From assembly GCF_036321535.1 (NCBI RefSeq), contig NC_087437.1:21826001-21890000 (forward strand): a DNA stretch of 64,000 bases, read 5' to 3'. The translations under genes and the position numbers were made by a program. This document shows, piece after piece, positions 26,805-40,985 of this stretch (position 1 is the stretch's first letter; the number at the start of each line of letters is the position of its first letter). Source of the DNA: Camelus dromedarius. Lineage: Eukaryota. The notes beneath the pieces were generated by a model, which saw only the letters and a program-made list of their open reading frames with translations, was not told where the DNA came from and ran no database searches.

Positions 26805-28057
26805 AGACTTAGAACATTTCCAGCTGAAAATTTATTCTTCCAGTCACATATTTAACATTACCATTCATTACATCACCGTTATATGGAGGGATGGCAAGGG
26901 TAGCAGTCAGTCCTGAGACTGCTTTGATACTTGGGAGAAGGGTAAAACCACTAAGGTTGGGCTGCTACCAAACTGGGTGTTTGGTGGGAAGAAAAGCTTG
27001 TTTTCTCCTTGATAATTCCTCTTGAGGGATAAATTACGATTCCCTAAGAACCTGGAATTTAAACAGAAGGATAAATAATGGAGTAAGACTTGAGTTAACT
27101 GCCAAAAATAGGTATTAGTACATTAGGAAATTTCTTGATAAGCACAAAAAACAAAAAGAAAAACTCTGTCCAGTTTTTTTAAACTACGTTGTTGCATTCT
27201 ATAAATTATATTCTATCTCAGGATAAATCATTTTAAAACAGAAGATTGATCAAATATTATTTAGTATCTGAATGATACTATGACCACTTGTGGTTTGGTG
27301 ATTTCAAACCTGATTACACTACTGTGTCCAGAGTTATCAAAATCCTTAAGTTATACTCCACAGCATGAGCATTATATTGAGGAAATATTGTTCTGAATTT
27401 TATAAACTAAGAAGCTTTGTGAACTTTGGTAAATTAATTTCTGTACTTGAACTAGAATTTTCCTCCTATTTGGGAATATTTTTCCTTTTCTCACACGGAA
27501 GTCCATTTTAAGCAGATTTAAGAAATCCTCAGTGCCTTTGTGGCGCATAAAACATCTGATGTTTAGACTTTAATTGCTTTGCTGTCTTAACATGTTGCTT
27601 TCTTATAACTGAAATGATTTAGTTTTTCTATTCTGAAGTCTCTTTCTATGGATTGTTTGTTAATTTTGAAATTTTATAAACATTACGAGTCTTTATAAAT
27701 TAAGTGTTTCAAAATGACCAAGTAGGCTAGTAACAGTTACTAATACTTATATAGTGCATGCTATTACCAAGCACTATTCTAAGAGCTTTACATTTAATCC
27801 TCAAAGCAAGTGTATGATTAGATACTACTATTATCCCCATTTTATAGATGGGGAATTTGAGGCTTTGAACGGTTTAAAAACTTGCTCAAGATCATTTAGT
27901 AAGTAAGTGGATTTAAATCCAGGTAGTCTGGCTCCAGAGTCTATGCTCTTAACTGCTACACTCTTTTATTACATATAGGGGGAAAAAAAAACGACTATGT
28001 GGACTGTACAGAATTGATTTTAAACTGTTACTAAAACTTTGAATATCAGTTAAATAA

Positions 28058-28498
<441 letters not shown>

Positions 28499-31464
28499 TA
28501 GCCCATTAATTCTCCCTTGCTTGGTGGCATTATAAACTGCATTCAATCTGTAATTTTATACTGTTGATACAGCAAGAATTTGAACACTTTCATCATCATT
28601 GAAGACTTAGCTAACTTTTTTTTAAAGATATATATTCCTGAACTTGATGATAAGGAAGCAGATCTCTTATTTAATATTACTTAATTACATGGAAGTTAAA
28701 AATGCTCAGTTGCTAAGATTGTTTATGATTGTTAAAACAGAAAAACAAATTTTGCTGATGATTTCTTTTGTTATGAGACTATGAGCATTTTCTTGGATAT
28801 TTTGAAATGTAATACATTTTATACTTGGTTGCATTTTGAGAGTTAACTATTTTGTTTTATTATATCATTAATTTTACTTTTAAAAACCTGTGAACTTTTG
28901 TAGTTACACCTTATCTTATCTCTATTATAGAACGTTACTTAAGTTTAAATTTAAGCATTCCCTGTTGACACAGTCTTTAAATCAGTTCTTCATAATGGTA
29001 GCCAGATCTCTTTAGAAATGACATTAAAAAAAGATATTTGTTTTCTGAAAATTGTTTTTTATAAGTATTACGCTATAATAAATATTTGAATGACCTTCTG
29101 CTGTTTTTACTACCCTTGCCCTTTTTTGGAGGGATGGGGGAAGGCAGGGAGTTGAGGTGTAATCACATAGTCTATTTATGGTCTTTTAATGATATCTCCT
29201 TTATTTCCCTCTGGATCGTCAACCTTATTTATAACCTCAGCATTTCCCACCATTTCTTCTTCTTTTTTTAGTATTTGCTATAGAATAAAAAGAATATTGA
29301 AATTTAGTTTCTTCTGTGGTATGAAGCACTGATTGATTAATTTGTTCTTCATTGTTTCAGTTATTAAATAATTTAAGATGAGTTAATGTACAATGAATGT
29401 TCACTGGTAGTTCTTCAGCTATAAAAATAATTTGTGTATTTGGGATTTTTATTTTTATTTGGAAATTAATTCACTTCCAGTACCTTGATTTTAAATCAAA
29501 GTTTTACTTTAAGCAGTATTCAATCCATGATGCATTAATATTTAAAATTAGGTAGATAAGGTAAAAATAATACACATCTGAACTCTATTTTGAAGAGAAT
29601 TAAATAATTTCTTCTTGTTAATATTTTCCTCTTTCTGATATTTCTGCTGTCTTATCTAAAATTTAATATTTTAATTTAGGAAATAATTTATAATTTATCA
29701 TATTTGCTTCCAAGTTGCATTGCTGCAGATCTTTTCAGTGTGAAATTTGTTTATATTTTTCCTTGAGTAAGTTAGGCTGAAAGGAAGCCCAAAAAAGCAC
29801 TTTCCCCCTCTATTTATTTAAACTACCTTTGAGAGATTGTTATATATACCTTAGTTATAAGAAAGGAAATGTTGTATTATTTTTCTATAACCTATTATTT
29901 AAATAGTAGTGAGAAAGAATATTTTCTTTGTTTTTTAAATAAGTTTCAGTTTACCCTAGTCTGTATAAGAATTAAAGTTTATATTTCTTAGTGAGTAAAA
30001 ACTCATTGAAATCAGAGAATCATACCACTCTTGGCATAGCATAATATTGCTGTGTCACTGAATTTCATAACAAATGGTTAAACTATGGCTACTCAGCTAC
30101 TCTTTTTTAATCACAATGGCCCTGTTTCCAATAACATTAGTGAACACACCCACAATATTATTAATTTTCTAACCATATTCTGTCTTGGTAGAAGAGTGCA
30201 GTGTGAATTAAGCCAGTAAAATTCCTGGAAGTGTTTTACTTTTCCCAGCACAGCTTCTGCTTTGAAACAATTAGATCTGAATAAACCTTGCCAAGGATGT
30301 CTTCTGAACCTGTTACGTTGTTAGCTCACTCTAGGCTTCCTGAAATACATATGTCTGAACTTGCTCTAAGGAAATATCTAAGAACCATTTGCCTACTTGT
30401 TTAAAGGCACTCCTTGATTCAGTTTACAATTTCATGCAGTGAGCATAGTGACTTTTGACTAATGATGAGTGACTTTTGTACGTGTGTTTCCTGTTCTTTT
30501 TCTTACCCCTCCAGAAAAAAAGTAGGGTTAAGTTATTAAAAAAACAAGGTAGGAAAAAAGAAAACAATGTGTTGATGAATCCATAGAGTATTAATGGTAT
30601 CCTTTTACTTAATTTTTTTTTACTGTTAAAATATAATAAGACAGCTATTATAAAAATGTGCATTTTGAAATGTTACATACCAATTTTGTCCAAGCGCAGG
30701 CAGGAATAGAGATAGCCCAACACTCATGGAGCTTATGGCCTAATTAAGGTTAAAAAAAAAAAAAAACCCAATAACTTGAGAATCACACAGATAAATTAAG
30801 AATCACAAGTGAGTTGAGTGCTGCTAAGTAAAGGTTCGGGGGTTCATATTTCTGCCTTTCTTGATCAAAAATCTTCTCCAATTCATGTTGTAATTTTTGT
30901 CAAGAGTTCCCCTTAGGTATAATAATTGCCTTTTACAGAAAAAAACACTTATTTCTGTTAAGCAACTTTCTTGGTTTAGTGTTTTAGTGTTACAGTGTTT
31001 GAGTTAATAACATATAGACTGTTTGAGCTAACATTTTTGGATAGTTTTTATCTATACATTAAATAGAAGTTTAAATAGAATAGGATTTTTTAAAAAATGT
31101 TTTACCTGTCAGATCTGCAAATATTTAATTTTTTTACATAAAATATGGATATTGTATAATTGAGATGTTATAAACAGAGTTTTCCAAAAATACTTCATAT
31201 ATTTCCCAAGAAAATTATTCTGCCTACTGGTAAGCCAGAGGATGACTCTGGCTTAGCTTGATCTTCACCCATATGTTATGTTGTAGCATCCTGTTCTTTT
31301 GTCACTTTATTTATCCTTAAAAATATCTTAATGGAGGAATGTATCATGAAATTATCCTGGATTATAATACTGCTCTCTGGTGCTCTTAGAAATATATAAC
31401 TATAGAGGAACTTCTGGCCAAAGGGGAAGGATTTTGTTTGGTTGGTTTTTATTTGTGTATTTTT

Positions 31465-33230
31465 ATTCATTTAGCAAATTTTTTGAGCACCCACTGTGTA
31501 TCGGGCATTCTTTAGGACATTTAGGACATTGGTTAATAAAACAAAGATTCTTACCCTTGAAGAGTTTACGGAAAGTGAGAGGAAGATAGTCAGTTAATAG
31601 TAGACATAATAAGTAAACTATATCCATTATTTAAAAGGGGTGAATACTAAGGGAAAAGAAAGATAGAAGAGTTGGGGGATTGGGAGTAGGGGCATGGGGT
31701 TTGCAGTTTTAAACAAGATGATCAGAGTAGGTGGTGAGCAAAGATGTGAAGTGAGGGTGTTAGCCAAACAGATATCTGGGTGAGGAGGTTCCAGCCAAAG
31801 GGAAGAGCCAATGTAAAAGGCTCTAAGGCAGGAGTCTTGTGTGTTTAGAAAAGAGCAAGGAAGCAGGGAGGCCAGTGTGACTAGAGTAGCGGAAGGAAGG
31901 ATTGATAGGGGAGGTCTGGGAGGAGAGGTGGTGTAGGGCCTTGTAGACCACTGTGAGGAATTTGATTTGGACTCTGAGTAAAGTGAGATATAAGGGAAAG
32001 GGCAGTGCCCACTCTGCACAGTCAGCAGCAGTGATCTTAGGTTCTCATTGACATTCACATTCACAGGACGCAATAGGCAGAAACCTGGCACCACGTTTCC
32101 TTAGCTTTCTAGAAGGATATTAGACAGGAAATAGAGCATATCAGCATGACAGCTTCAAATATATCTTTACTGGTGATTCTCACAAAAGACCCAGGCTGTT
32201 TCCCAGCCCCATGGTGGGCACAGTCAGTTGCATGAGATGAGGCCACGTTCACGGGTGTGCGCTACCCCAGCTACAGAAGCCTCAGATCAGTCAGGAACCG
32301 TATTTTATAAAGACTAAGCGTGTAGCTCCCAGTACAGGCACACTTAATCAAATTAAGAGAGACACCGCACAGAGAAGCTGAGGCCCCGGTTTCTCAGTAT
32401 GTTTTTGATGTAGTCCTGGTTGTACATATTTTGAGGGTCTGTGAATCCACTGATTGTCCTCCCACTACAGATGCAGTTTTCCAGTCGGTGGCTGTTTTTA
32501 TAACAATGTTGGATACAGCTGACCTTCCATATTTTTCTTAACAGACTACATTTCCAAGGAAACCACTTTAATAGAGGATAACATGAGGTTATGTTCCCCG
32601 GGGAAGGAGTTCTGTCTTGCATTTAATCCTTTCTGCTCTGGGAGTTACTACAAGGTTTTGAGGAGAGAAGTTTAACATTTGCATTTTAAAGGATTACTTT
32701 GATTGCTTTGTTGAGGATAGATTTTCAGGAGATCAGGTTAGAAGCAGGGAGACCAGATAAGCTATTTCAGTAATCCAGGCCAGAGAAATTCAGGGCTTGA
32801 AGTTGATGTAGTGATGAGAAAGTTTAGATACTAACTCTGTTTTGAAAGTAGCGCAAACAGAATTTGCCTTTGCATTGAATGTGTGGTTTAAAAGAATATC
32901 AGTCAAGGGTGATTCAAGGACATTTAGAGTAAGCAACTAGGATGGAGTTCAATCAACCAAGGTGTCGAAGTCTTCAAGTGTAGTGAATTTAGGGGCAGAG
33001 ATTAGGACACGTTAGAACATCCAGTTGGAGATGTAGAGTGGCCAGGTACCTATGCAAGTTAAGTTTAGGAGAGAGGTTTAGAAATATTATTTATTATATA
33101 AATACAGATTGAGTGTAGAGATGAACATTTGAAAGTCTACCACATAGGTGGTATTTAAAGCCATTAGACTAGACTGGGTAAATTCACTATAGGAGTGAGT
33201 GTAGACAGAGAAAAGAAAAGAATCGGTAAC
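31465..33230 (-). mobile_element. L2 relic split by an insertion at ~32000-32652
   Basis: ttcatttagcaaattttttgagcacccactgtg (L2 3' end), aggccagtgtgactagag, gtaatccaggccagaga, ggtatttaaagccattagact. Confidence 0.75.
32000..32652 (-). mobile_element. Probable solo LTR (family unassigned) nested in L2
   Basis: ~650 bp interrupting L2 continuity; reverse strand begins TGTAGTAAC and contains an AGTAAA hexamer (tttact at ~32166). No clear TSD. Confidence 0.45.
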
Positions 33231-33451
33231 AGCCTTTGTAGGGGGTGTGTTTAACATCAGTTTATTTGTTTTAATGTACGTGTTTCACATCATTTATTAA
33301 CATCCCTCTCTGGGAAATATATTGCCATATGAAACTTAATATTATTTTCTTTCAAATTTTGAGAATGTTTTACTAAGAAGTTATTTTTTCTTCTGCGTGA
33401 GACTATAGGTGACATGTTATTTAATATTTTGAGTTTTAAAGTATTTTTTAG

Positions 33452-33676
<225 letters not shown>

Positions 33677-34710
33677 TGAATTTAGGAAAAACCCGAGATA
33701 CTTAGCTATGTAACTCAGAATTACATTGGACCAAATCTGTGTCTGATGTGTTTTCATTTTAAACCTACCCCTGTGCAAGGGAATAGTGCACATTGTTTCC
33801 TCCCTTTCTGATGGTTTAAAGGGTGTTGATAACCTTTAAATGTTGGTTACCTGTATATGCCAGGCACCATGGTTGATACTTTGCTATACTTTATCTCATT
33901 TTATTCTCACAGGGATTCTATGAGACAGATGTCCTTATACCCATTTTGCAAATAAGGAAAAGGAAGCTCAGAGATAATAAGTAACTTGTCCAAGACCACA
34001 CAGTAAGAAACCAAGACTGGATTTAAATCCAGGTCTGTCTAGGCATTTTCTTTCTACCAGATGCCGATTCCTTATATCTGAGCTAGGTTCATTTACCTCA
34101 TTAACCTATATATACTTAAAATGAGAACACAAAGTTACTTAAATTGATTAGTGTTAGATATCTTTATATTTGCCAGAGAAAGTCTATCTGAATGGAATTC
34201 ATTATATAGTATTTTACACATTCCATATCATGACTGTTATCTTCCACAGCTTAAAAAGTGATGTAAATTGAATTATTTTTTCTGATGCCTGTTGTTTTAA
34301 ATTTAAAATCTGACAAAAATCTAACCTTATAGACATCGTATAATTTTACTTTTGTAATGATTTATAAAAGCCCAGAAAATGTAATGGAGTTTATGTTAAC
34401 TATCTTTGTTTAAACCTGAGTTTAGAATTCTGAGGTGTCACATTCAAGGAACTATTATATAATATTTTCTGGTTTTTGACTAATTTATAGACTATAGAGA
34501 AAGCAAACTGGTTATCTTATATCATTTTACTTTATTAAAACCTCTATTCCTGTGATTGATCAGTAGTACAAAACATGTTTGTTAGGTATATTCAATGATC
34601 AGAGTAGTGAAATTATTAAGAAAATAAGAATTGATCATATATAGATAAATGGTTCAATAGAGAGGTTGAGGGTCATTGGTTTTTTAGACTGGACTCTTTA
34701 GTTCTAGAAG

Positions 34711-34866
34711 CAAGGTACCCACATAATTTATTATCCAAACCAGGACACTTTTGAGAATGTAGTGGTGGTGGTGGGGGGGGGGGGGGATGCTGTTAATAAT
34801 TATGCCAGGAAAACTGGTATGTAATCTGGGACTGTCCCAAGCAATTGGAACATGTGGCCACTCTAT
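34711..34866 (+). mobile_element. MER94-like hAT element with expanded G-run
   Basis: cataatttattatccaaaccaggacacttttgaga...ctgggactgtcccaagcaattggaacatgtggccactcta. Confidence 0.75.
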
Positions 34867-35311
34867 GTCTGGGTATAATAATACACTTTTTTTCTTGATA
34901 TTTAGAAGGGAGAAGAGCTTCTCAGTTTCATTCCAGAATCCTGAGTCAAATGGCTAGGTTAATTTAATATGATAGCTAATTAACTGACAGCACACATTCT
35001 TTAAGTTTTTGTTGTGGAATTTGAGAAAAACTAGCAAACATTTCATTCATAAAAAATTATGTAATTTTTTAAAACCTAAGAATTTCTGAGAAAACCTCTT
35101 TATATATAGTACGTATACTGCCTCACATATGTAGAAGTCCTTTATTTAGTGAAAACAATTTCTATTAAAAGCAGAGAACTTCATAAAACATAAATGGAGT
35201 TCCTCCACAAGGAGACATAAAAATAGTTTTCTTTCAACAGTCAGAATATTTGTTTTTATTTTCCTCAATCGAGAGAGCTGTTTACCTTTGGCTTTTTCTT
35301 CCTAACCATAG

Positions 35312-35488
<177 letters not shown>

Positions 35489-36359
35489 TAGAATTATCAC
35501 ATCTTTTTACTTGTCCACTGGGACATTGTTCTCTCACGGTGTTAAAGCTAAACTTCGCTTTTGAGAATTAACACAGTGTGTTCACCTGCTTTTGCTTCTG
35601 GCTGAATGATAATCCTATGCTTTCAGATATTCAGACTTTATTAAACTGTGGTCCATTGTCCCTCTCTCCCTAGTCCGTAGGCATAGATACATTTAAAATA
35701 TAGTTATGCATAAGACAATGGAGGGACATAAAAATTTGCAAAAATGAATTTCACATTTAAAATTTAAAGCAATAAGTTTAAGGGAAGTGTGCAAACAGAA
35801 TTCATACTTTGTGGTGATTTGGAAACTATGTTAAGTTATATTTAAAAAGTACTCTTTCACTTTGCTTAATAAATATTAAATGTAATAATTTCAAAAATAG
35901 CATATTTAGAGCTAAAAACTTCATAGAGTTTATGTAGTTCAGCTTTATGTTTCATAATTCTTTACAGTTAAGGAAATTGAGCTTTTGAGATGGGACGTGG
36001 TTTGTTCAGAGTAGTATGGTCATTATGCCTGAGAGTCCAGGACTAAATTCTAAGTCTCTTTACACTAAAGAAAGGACTCCTAATTGGTTGAATGTACCTC
36101 ACAGATCTTAGTAGTTGATTGTTTTTGAAAATTGGGATCAACTCTGCAAGGTGATTAGCTCTACAAAGTACTCTAAGTTATCCTGTAAGTCTGAAAATCT
36201 AAGCAATAAGTCAAAATTTACTAACAATTTAGATTCTCTTTTATATTTTTAAAGGAGATATTTTAAGTAAAATGCATAATTACCTTCTCCAACAGAGATA
36301 TGAAAATAAGGTACGTAGGAAAAGCCTGGTTTGATTTGGCTTGTGCTATCATCCTGCAG

Positions 36360-36625
36360 CAGTGTTTCCCAAAGTATGAGTCCCTTAACCAAGTCCTGTG
36401 AGATGCTCTGACTGAAATAAGTTTGGGACACACTGCATTCAACATTACCCCTTTTGGGAATTCAGAGTGCTCAGTATCACTTTAAAGCCTACAAGAAAGA
36501 AGTAAAGAAACTTGTTTAACCTTATTCAAACTATCATCACCTAAATTCACTTAACGTCATACCCATTTTTCATGAAATATGCTCAGTCTCTATTTTTTCT
36601 CCAGAACATCATATGTGAAGCACTG
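36360..36625. mobile_element. Old hAT-Charlie-type non-autonomous element
   Basis: Inverted termini cagtgtttcccaaa / tgtgaagcactg and internal aataagtttgggacacactgca. Confidence 0.55.
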
Positions 36626-37169
36626 ATTTCAACTAAGTATTATTTTGATTTCATTTGCCACTGTTATCTTCTATAAATTTTAATCAAGGGTCAACAGTAT
36701 TTTTACTGCACATTGATTTTTGGGTTTTGTGGGTTTTTTAAGCTAAAAACTGATGGTATCACTAAGTTTTTATACTGGAAACTTTTTTACAGATTTTTAC
36801 AAAATGTTAAAAAGGAGAGAGTATATTATTATTTTTTTAATGAATTATTTGTTTGTTTTTCTTAGAACTATTGAGTAAGATCTTACTAACTTAATTTCTT
36901 CCCCAAAGAACTATAGATGTATGCAAGTACTACACAAGCGGGTATTTGTCATTTCAGCTGTGGTGTTTTTCTTCTCCAGCAGGATAACAATATTTATTGT
37001 GTTCCTATTTTTAAAATGGTCTGCAGGTGGGTCATAATATATGTTTAAATATTATGATCTTGTCTAGCAAATGCTTTTTAAAAAATTATCTTTATTAACA
37101 TATAATTTGCATATAATAAAATTCACCTATCTTAACTGTATAGTTTGATGAGTTTTGCAAATGTATGAA

Positions 37170-37490
37170 CTTGGTTAGAATGTGACTGGTTCTCATGGTT
37201 GCAAGCTCCCTGCTCCAAGCCATTATATCAAGTCAGCATCCAGCAGGAAGAGGAGGAAAGACAGAAAGTATGACAAGCTGTCTTTCTTCTTTTTAATCAA
37301 GAGAACAATCATTTTCCCTTAAGTCCTACCAAATACTTCCACTTATAACTCATTGGCCAGGATTAGGTCACATGGCTATTTGTAGCTACGAGAAAGTCTG
37401 AGGAGATGAGTAGTTTTAATTGAGCATATTGCCCCCTAAGAAATGAAGGGTCTAGTTAGTCAGGAAAAGGATGAAAAATAGATACTGAAA
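37170..37490 (-). mobile_element. MLT1 (J/L-like) LTR fragment
   Basis: acttccacttataactcattggccaggattaggtcacatggc...gaaagtctgagga. Confidence 0.65.
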
Positions 37491-37956
37491 TAGAATCTGT
37501 AGAGTTCTAGATTCAGGCTTTTGCTTACAAATTTTCTCAAATAAAGACATTTGTTTTCCAGTGTAGTCTTATTAATAAATTTGTATTAATATATCAATGA
37601 CAAAGAATTCTAGAGTATTTTTGTGCAGAAGATTTATAATACTTTTTTTCATTTTGTTAATCATAAGTATGGACCTCAATTAAAATAGAGTGATCCAGTT
37701 GTGAATATAAAACTAAAAGAAATGCAAAAGAAAAATTGGCAATAAGGACTACTTTAGCTAAAGTGCAACTTGTTTTCTTTACATACATAACCTATGTCAG
37801 ATAATGTTTTTATGTGATTCCTGCAGTTGTTTGTTAAATTTATTTCCATTTACTAATTTTTTTTTCTTCCAAACCTTTGTAGATTTAGAAGCTGACAGAC
37901 TTTTATTTTAGCTGGTTATATAACCTGTAGTAGGGGTCCAGATCTCTCCCTTGGTT

Positions 37957-38088
37957 CGAATGACCATAATTTATCATATAAACAGAGACACTTTGGGGAA
38001 TGAAAAGGACGCTGTTCATTACTAAGTTGGGAATAACAGGTGTAAACTGGGACTGAATCAGGCAAATCAAGGTCATAGGATTATCCTA
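37957..38088 (+). mobile_element. Second MER94-like element
   Basis: tgaccataatttatcatataaacagagacacttt...aacaggtgtaaactgggactg, homologous to the 34711 copy. Confidence 0.65.
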
Positions 38089-39099
38089 TAATGGAATACA
38101 TAAAATAGTACTATATTCAGCAGTGATTGAATCCTTTATTCTAGTACTTGACATTTGTATGACTGTATTCATTAAGTTTGTGACATTAAATGCTGTAGGT
38201 AGACTTTGGAAGGTGGCCTTCTGTAATCTGGCCTTACTTACTGTCTAGCCATTGCTCGTTACACTCATCTCCTTGTCTCTTCCTGAAATACTTGTCTATC
38301 TGGCCAAGACCAGTCACTAATCTCATGCAGGTCCTGTGCTTTCCCACTTCCATGTTATTTTTGTTTTTACTCTGTTTAAAATGTCCCAGACATATCCTCT
38401 GCTTGTTGAAACTTTATTTGTTCATTCAGTAAATATTTATTGAGTGAGTGTCTAATAGGTACTGGACACTGGGAATACTAAAATGAATATGTTGCAATCT
38501 CTTTTTAAAGAGGTCACAGTTCACTGAGGATAACGAACAAGCCAGTGACAGCATTTAGAATGATAAATGGTATAACAGAGAGCTCAGAGGAAGGGCACTC
38601 ACTTCAGTCTAAGGTATCAGAGGAGACCTCCCAGAAGAGATGACACTGGAATTAAGCCTTGGAAGATGAGTTGAAAGGAGATTGGGTGTAGAACATTCCA
38701 GGGAAAGGGAACATGCACATGCTTTAGTGTCCCCTCCATTAGAAAATCTATTCCTGCACTCCCACGTGAATGAGTATCTCCATTTGATGGATTTAATACT
38801 TTGAACCTCTAATGAGCAATTCCTATAGCTAGCCTTAATTATAGGACAGTTTAAATTTAGCTTGTCTTAAATTGTAAGTTATTTTTTTCTACTAAATTAA
38901 AAATTCCTTGAGGTAGGGAATATATCTTCATTTTCTCATCTGCACTTTATTCACTACCTTGCTATGGTAGCTACTTAATGAATGTTGAAAAACTGGTTAG
39001 AATAGAATTGATAGAGACAAACACTGATTGGTCTGAGAAAAGGAAAAAGCTGATGGAGAAATAGGGCTATATCCTAGCCTTTGCTGTAGCTGCTTATCA

Positions 39100-39740
39100 T
39101 AGTCATAAAGCAACTAACGTTTACTGAACATTTCATGTGGGCCAGGCACTCTGCTAAACATTTTCCATTTACTTAACCCTCATCACAAACCTTGTCACTT
39201 TAATTTTTTTTTTCATTTTATAAACAGGGGGGTTTAAGGCTTAGAGAGAGAAATAGTTCACAGAACTAGTAAGTGGCAGAGTCAAGAGCTGAACTGCGTC
39301 TGTCTGACTCCAGAGGCCATCCTCCACTTTGAAGGTAGTTCTCCCTGCTTTTATGAAGGACGCCAGCTCATCCACCTCAGCAGATGTAAGAGTCATGGTT
39401 GGACATAAATCAGTAACGTTACATACTTTAACAAAAAAAGACATGAAGACAGAATCTATAAATAATCATGATAATAGTAATAACAACAGTGAACATTTGA
39501 GTCCTTACTATGTGCCAGGTACTGTTCTAAGATCTTTATTTACATTTATTACCTCATTTAATCCCCACAACCATTCTAAGAGGCAGACTCTTTTATTTCC
39601 ATTTTTACAGAGGAAGAAACTGAGGCATAGAGACATTAAGTAACTTGCACAAGGTCACACAGCTGGTAAGTAGCAGAACTGGGATACCGACCCATGGGGT
39701 TTGGCTCTAGAGCTAATGGTCTTAACCATGGTGCCAAATT
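39100..39740. mobile_element. Two MIR SINEs in tandem (~39100-39330 and ~39480-39740)
   Basis: MIR core ccatttttacagaggaagaaactgaggcatagaga...aagtaacttgcacaaggtcacacagct. Similar MIRs lie at ~5060, ~12760, ~24180, ~27730, ~33850 and ~39920. Confidence 0.85.
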
Positions 39741-40679
39741 GCATCTCAGAGTTTTCTTGAGAAATAGGATTCCCTCATTAACTTCTACTGTACAATGTTT
39801 ATGTTGGCAAGTGTTCATAATTTATAGGTTTTTAAAATTCTTCTTCATTTAACCATGTGTTTCAGATGACTTAAACAGCCTTTAAGATAGTTGGGTGATT
39901 AGACAGGAAGGACAAGACAGAATCACACAGCTTGGTTCAGAATCTTGTTCCTTAGCTTACTGTTATTTCATCTCTGTGGATCTCAGTTTCAGTGTCTGCT
40001 GTTGTGAGGATTAAATGGGTCATTGTCTATCAGAGACAGAGCAGAGGACCTGACAACATGATATAACATAAACGTTTCGATCCATTCCTCCATGCCCTTA
40101 GAGTTAGTAGAGGTAACCTTGGCAGACCTAAAAAATAATATAAGAAAACTTGGAAAGTGAATGTAGCATCTGACACATGAGTGTATCCCTTATTCCTAGT
40201 GAATTATTTGTCTTTATTGGATAATTATTAGATTTAATTTAGTGGCCTGTGTAACATAAATGGCATATTATTTTCATTTGTAATGAGTAAAGAGTGATTT
40301 TATGGTATACTGGGAATGGATATATTTCTTGAAAGAAGTATAGAATGTTATAGCTAGAGGGAAACTTAGAAGTCATATGGTCTACTAGGGGATTCCAAAA
40401 CTAGAGAGGCTGCAGAATCATGTGGGGGAACACACTAAATCTGTGTTCTTCAGTCCTGCCGTCAGAGATACTGTTTAAATAGATTGGGGTAAAGTCTGAC
40501 AAGATATGCCAGGCTCAGGAGCTTACTGACATTATGCCTGTCCTTAAGACTGCTGGGAAGAGACAAACATAAATACCAGTATAAAATGAAAATGCTGCTT
40601 TAAAGATTATATACAAGGTACTTTGGATCATGACTGAGTTGGTGCTTGCAAGGAGTCAGGAAACTTGAGTTGTATGAAC

Positions 40680-40985
40680 TTTTTGTATATTTTGGAAATT
40701 AACCACTTATCAGTATGTTGTTTGTAAATAAGTATCTTCTCCCATTCAGTAGGCTGCCTTTTCATTTTGTTAATGGTTTCCTTTGCTGTGTAAAAGCTTT
40801 TAAGTTTGAGTAGGTGCCTTTTTTTTTTTTTTTCTTTTGTTTCCCTTGCCTATGGAGACAGATCCAAACATGTATTACGAAGGCTGAGCAGAGAGCATTC
40901 TGCTTATGTTTTCTTCTAGGAGCTTTATGGTTTCAGGTTTTTGTAGAATGTATGAGAAAGTAGTCCAGTTTGATTCTTTTGACAC
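40680..40985 (-). mobile_element. L1 ORF2 internal fragment
   Basis: cttctcccattcagtaggctgccttttcattttgttaatggtttcctttgctgtg...tatgttttcttctaggagctttatggtttcagg. Confidence 0.8.

Noticed and set aside
31627..32094. 155-aa reverse-strand ORF
   Set aside because: It spans a decayed L2 and the edge of an LTR-like insert, so it is a chance ORF.
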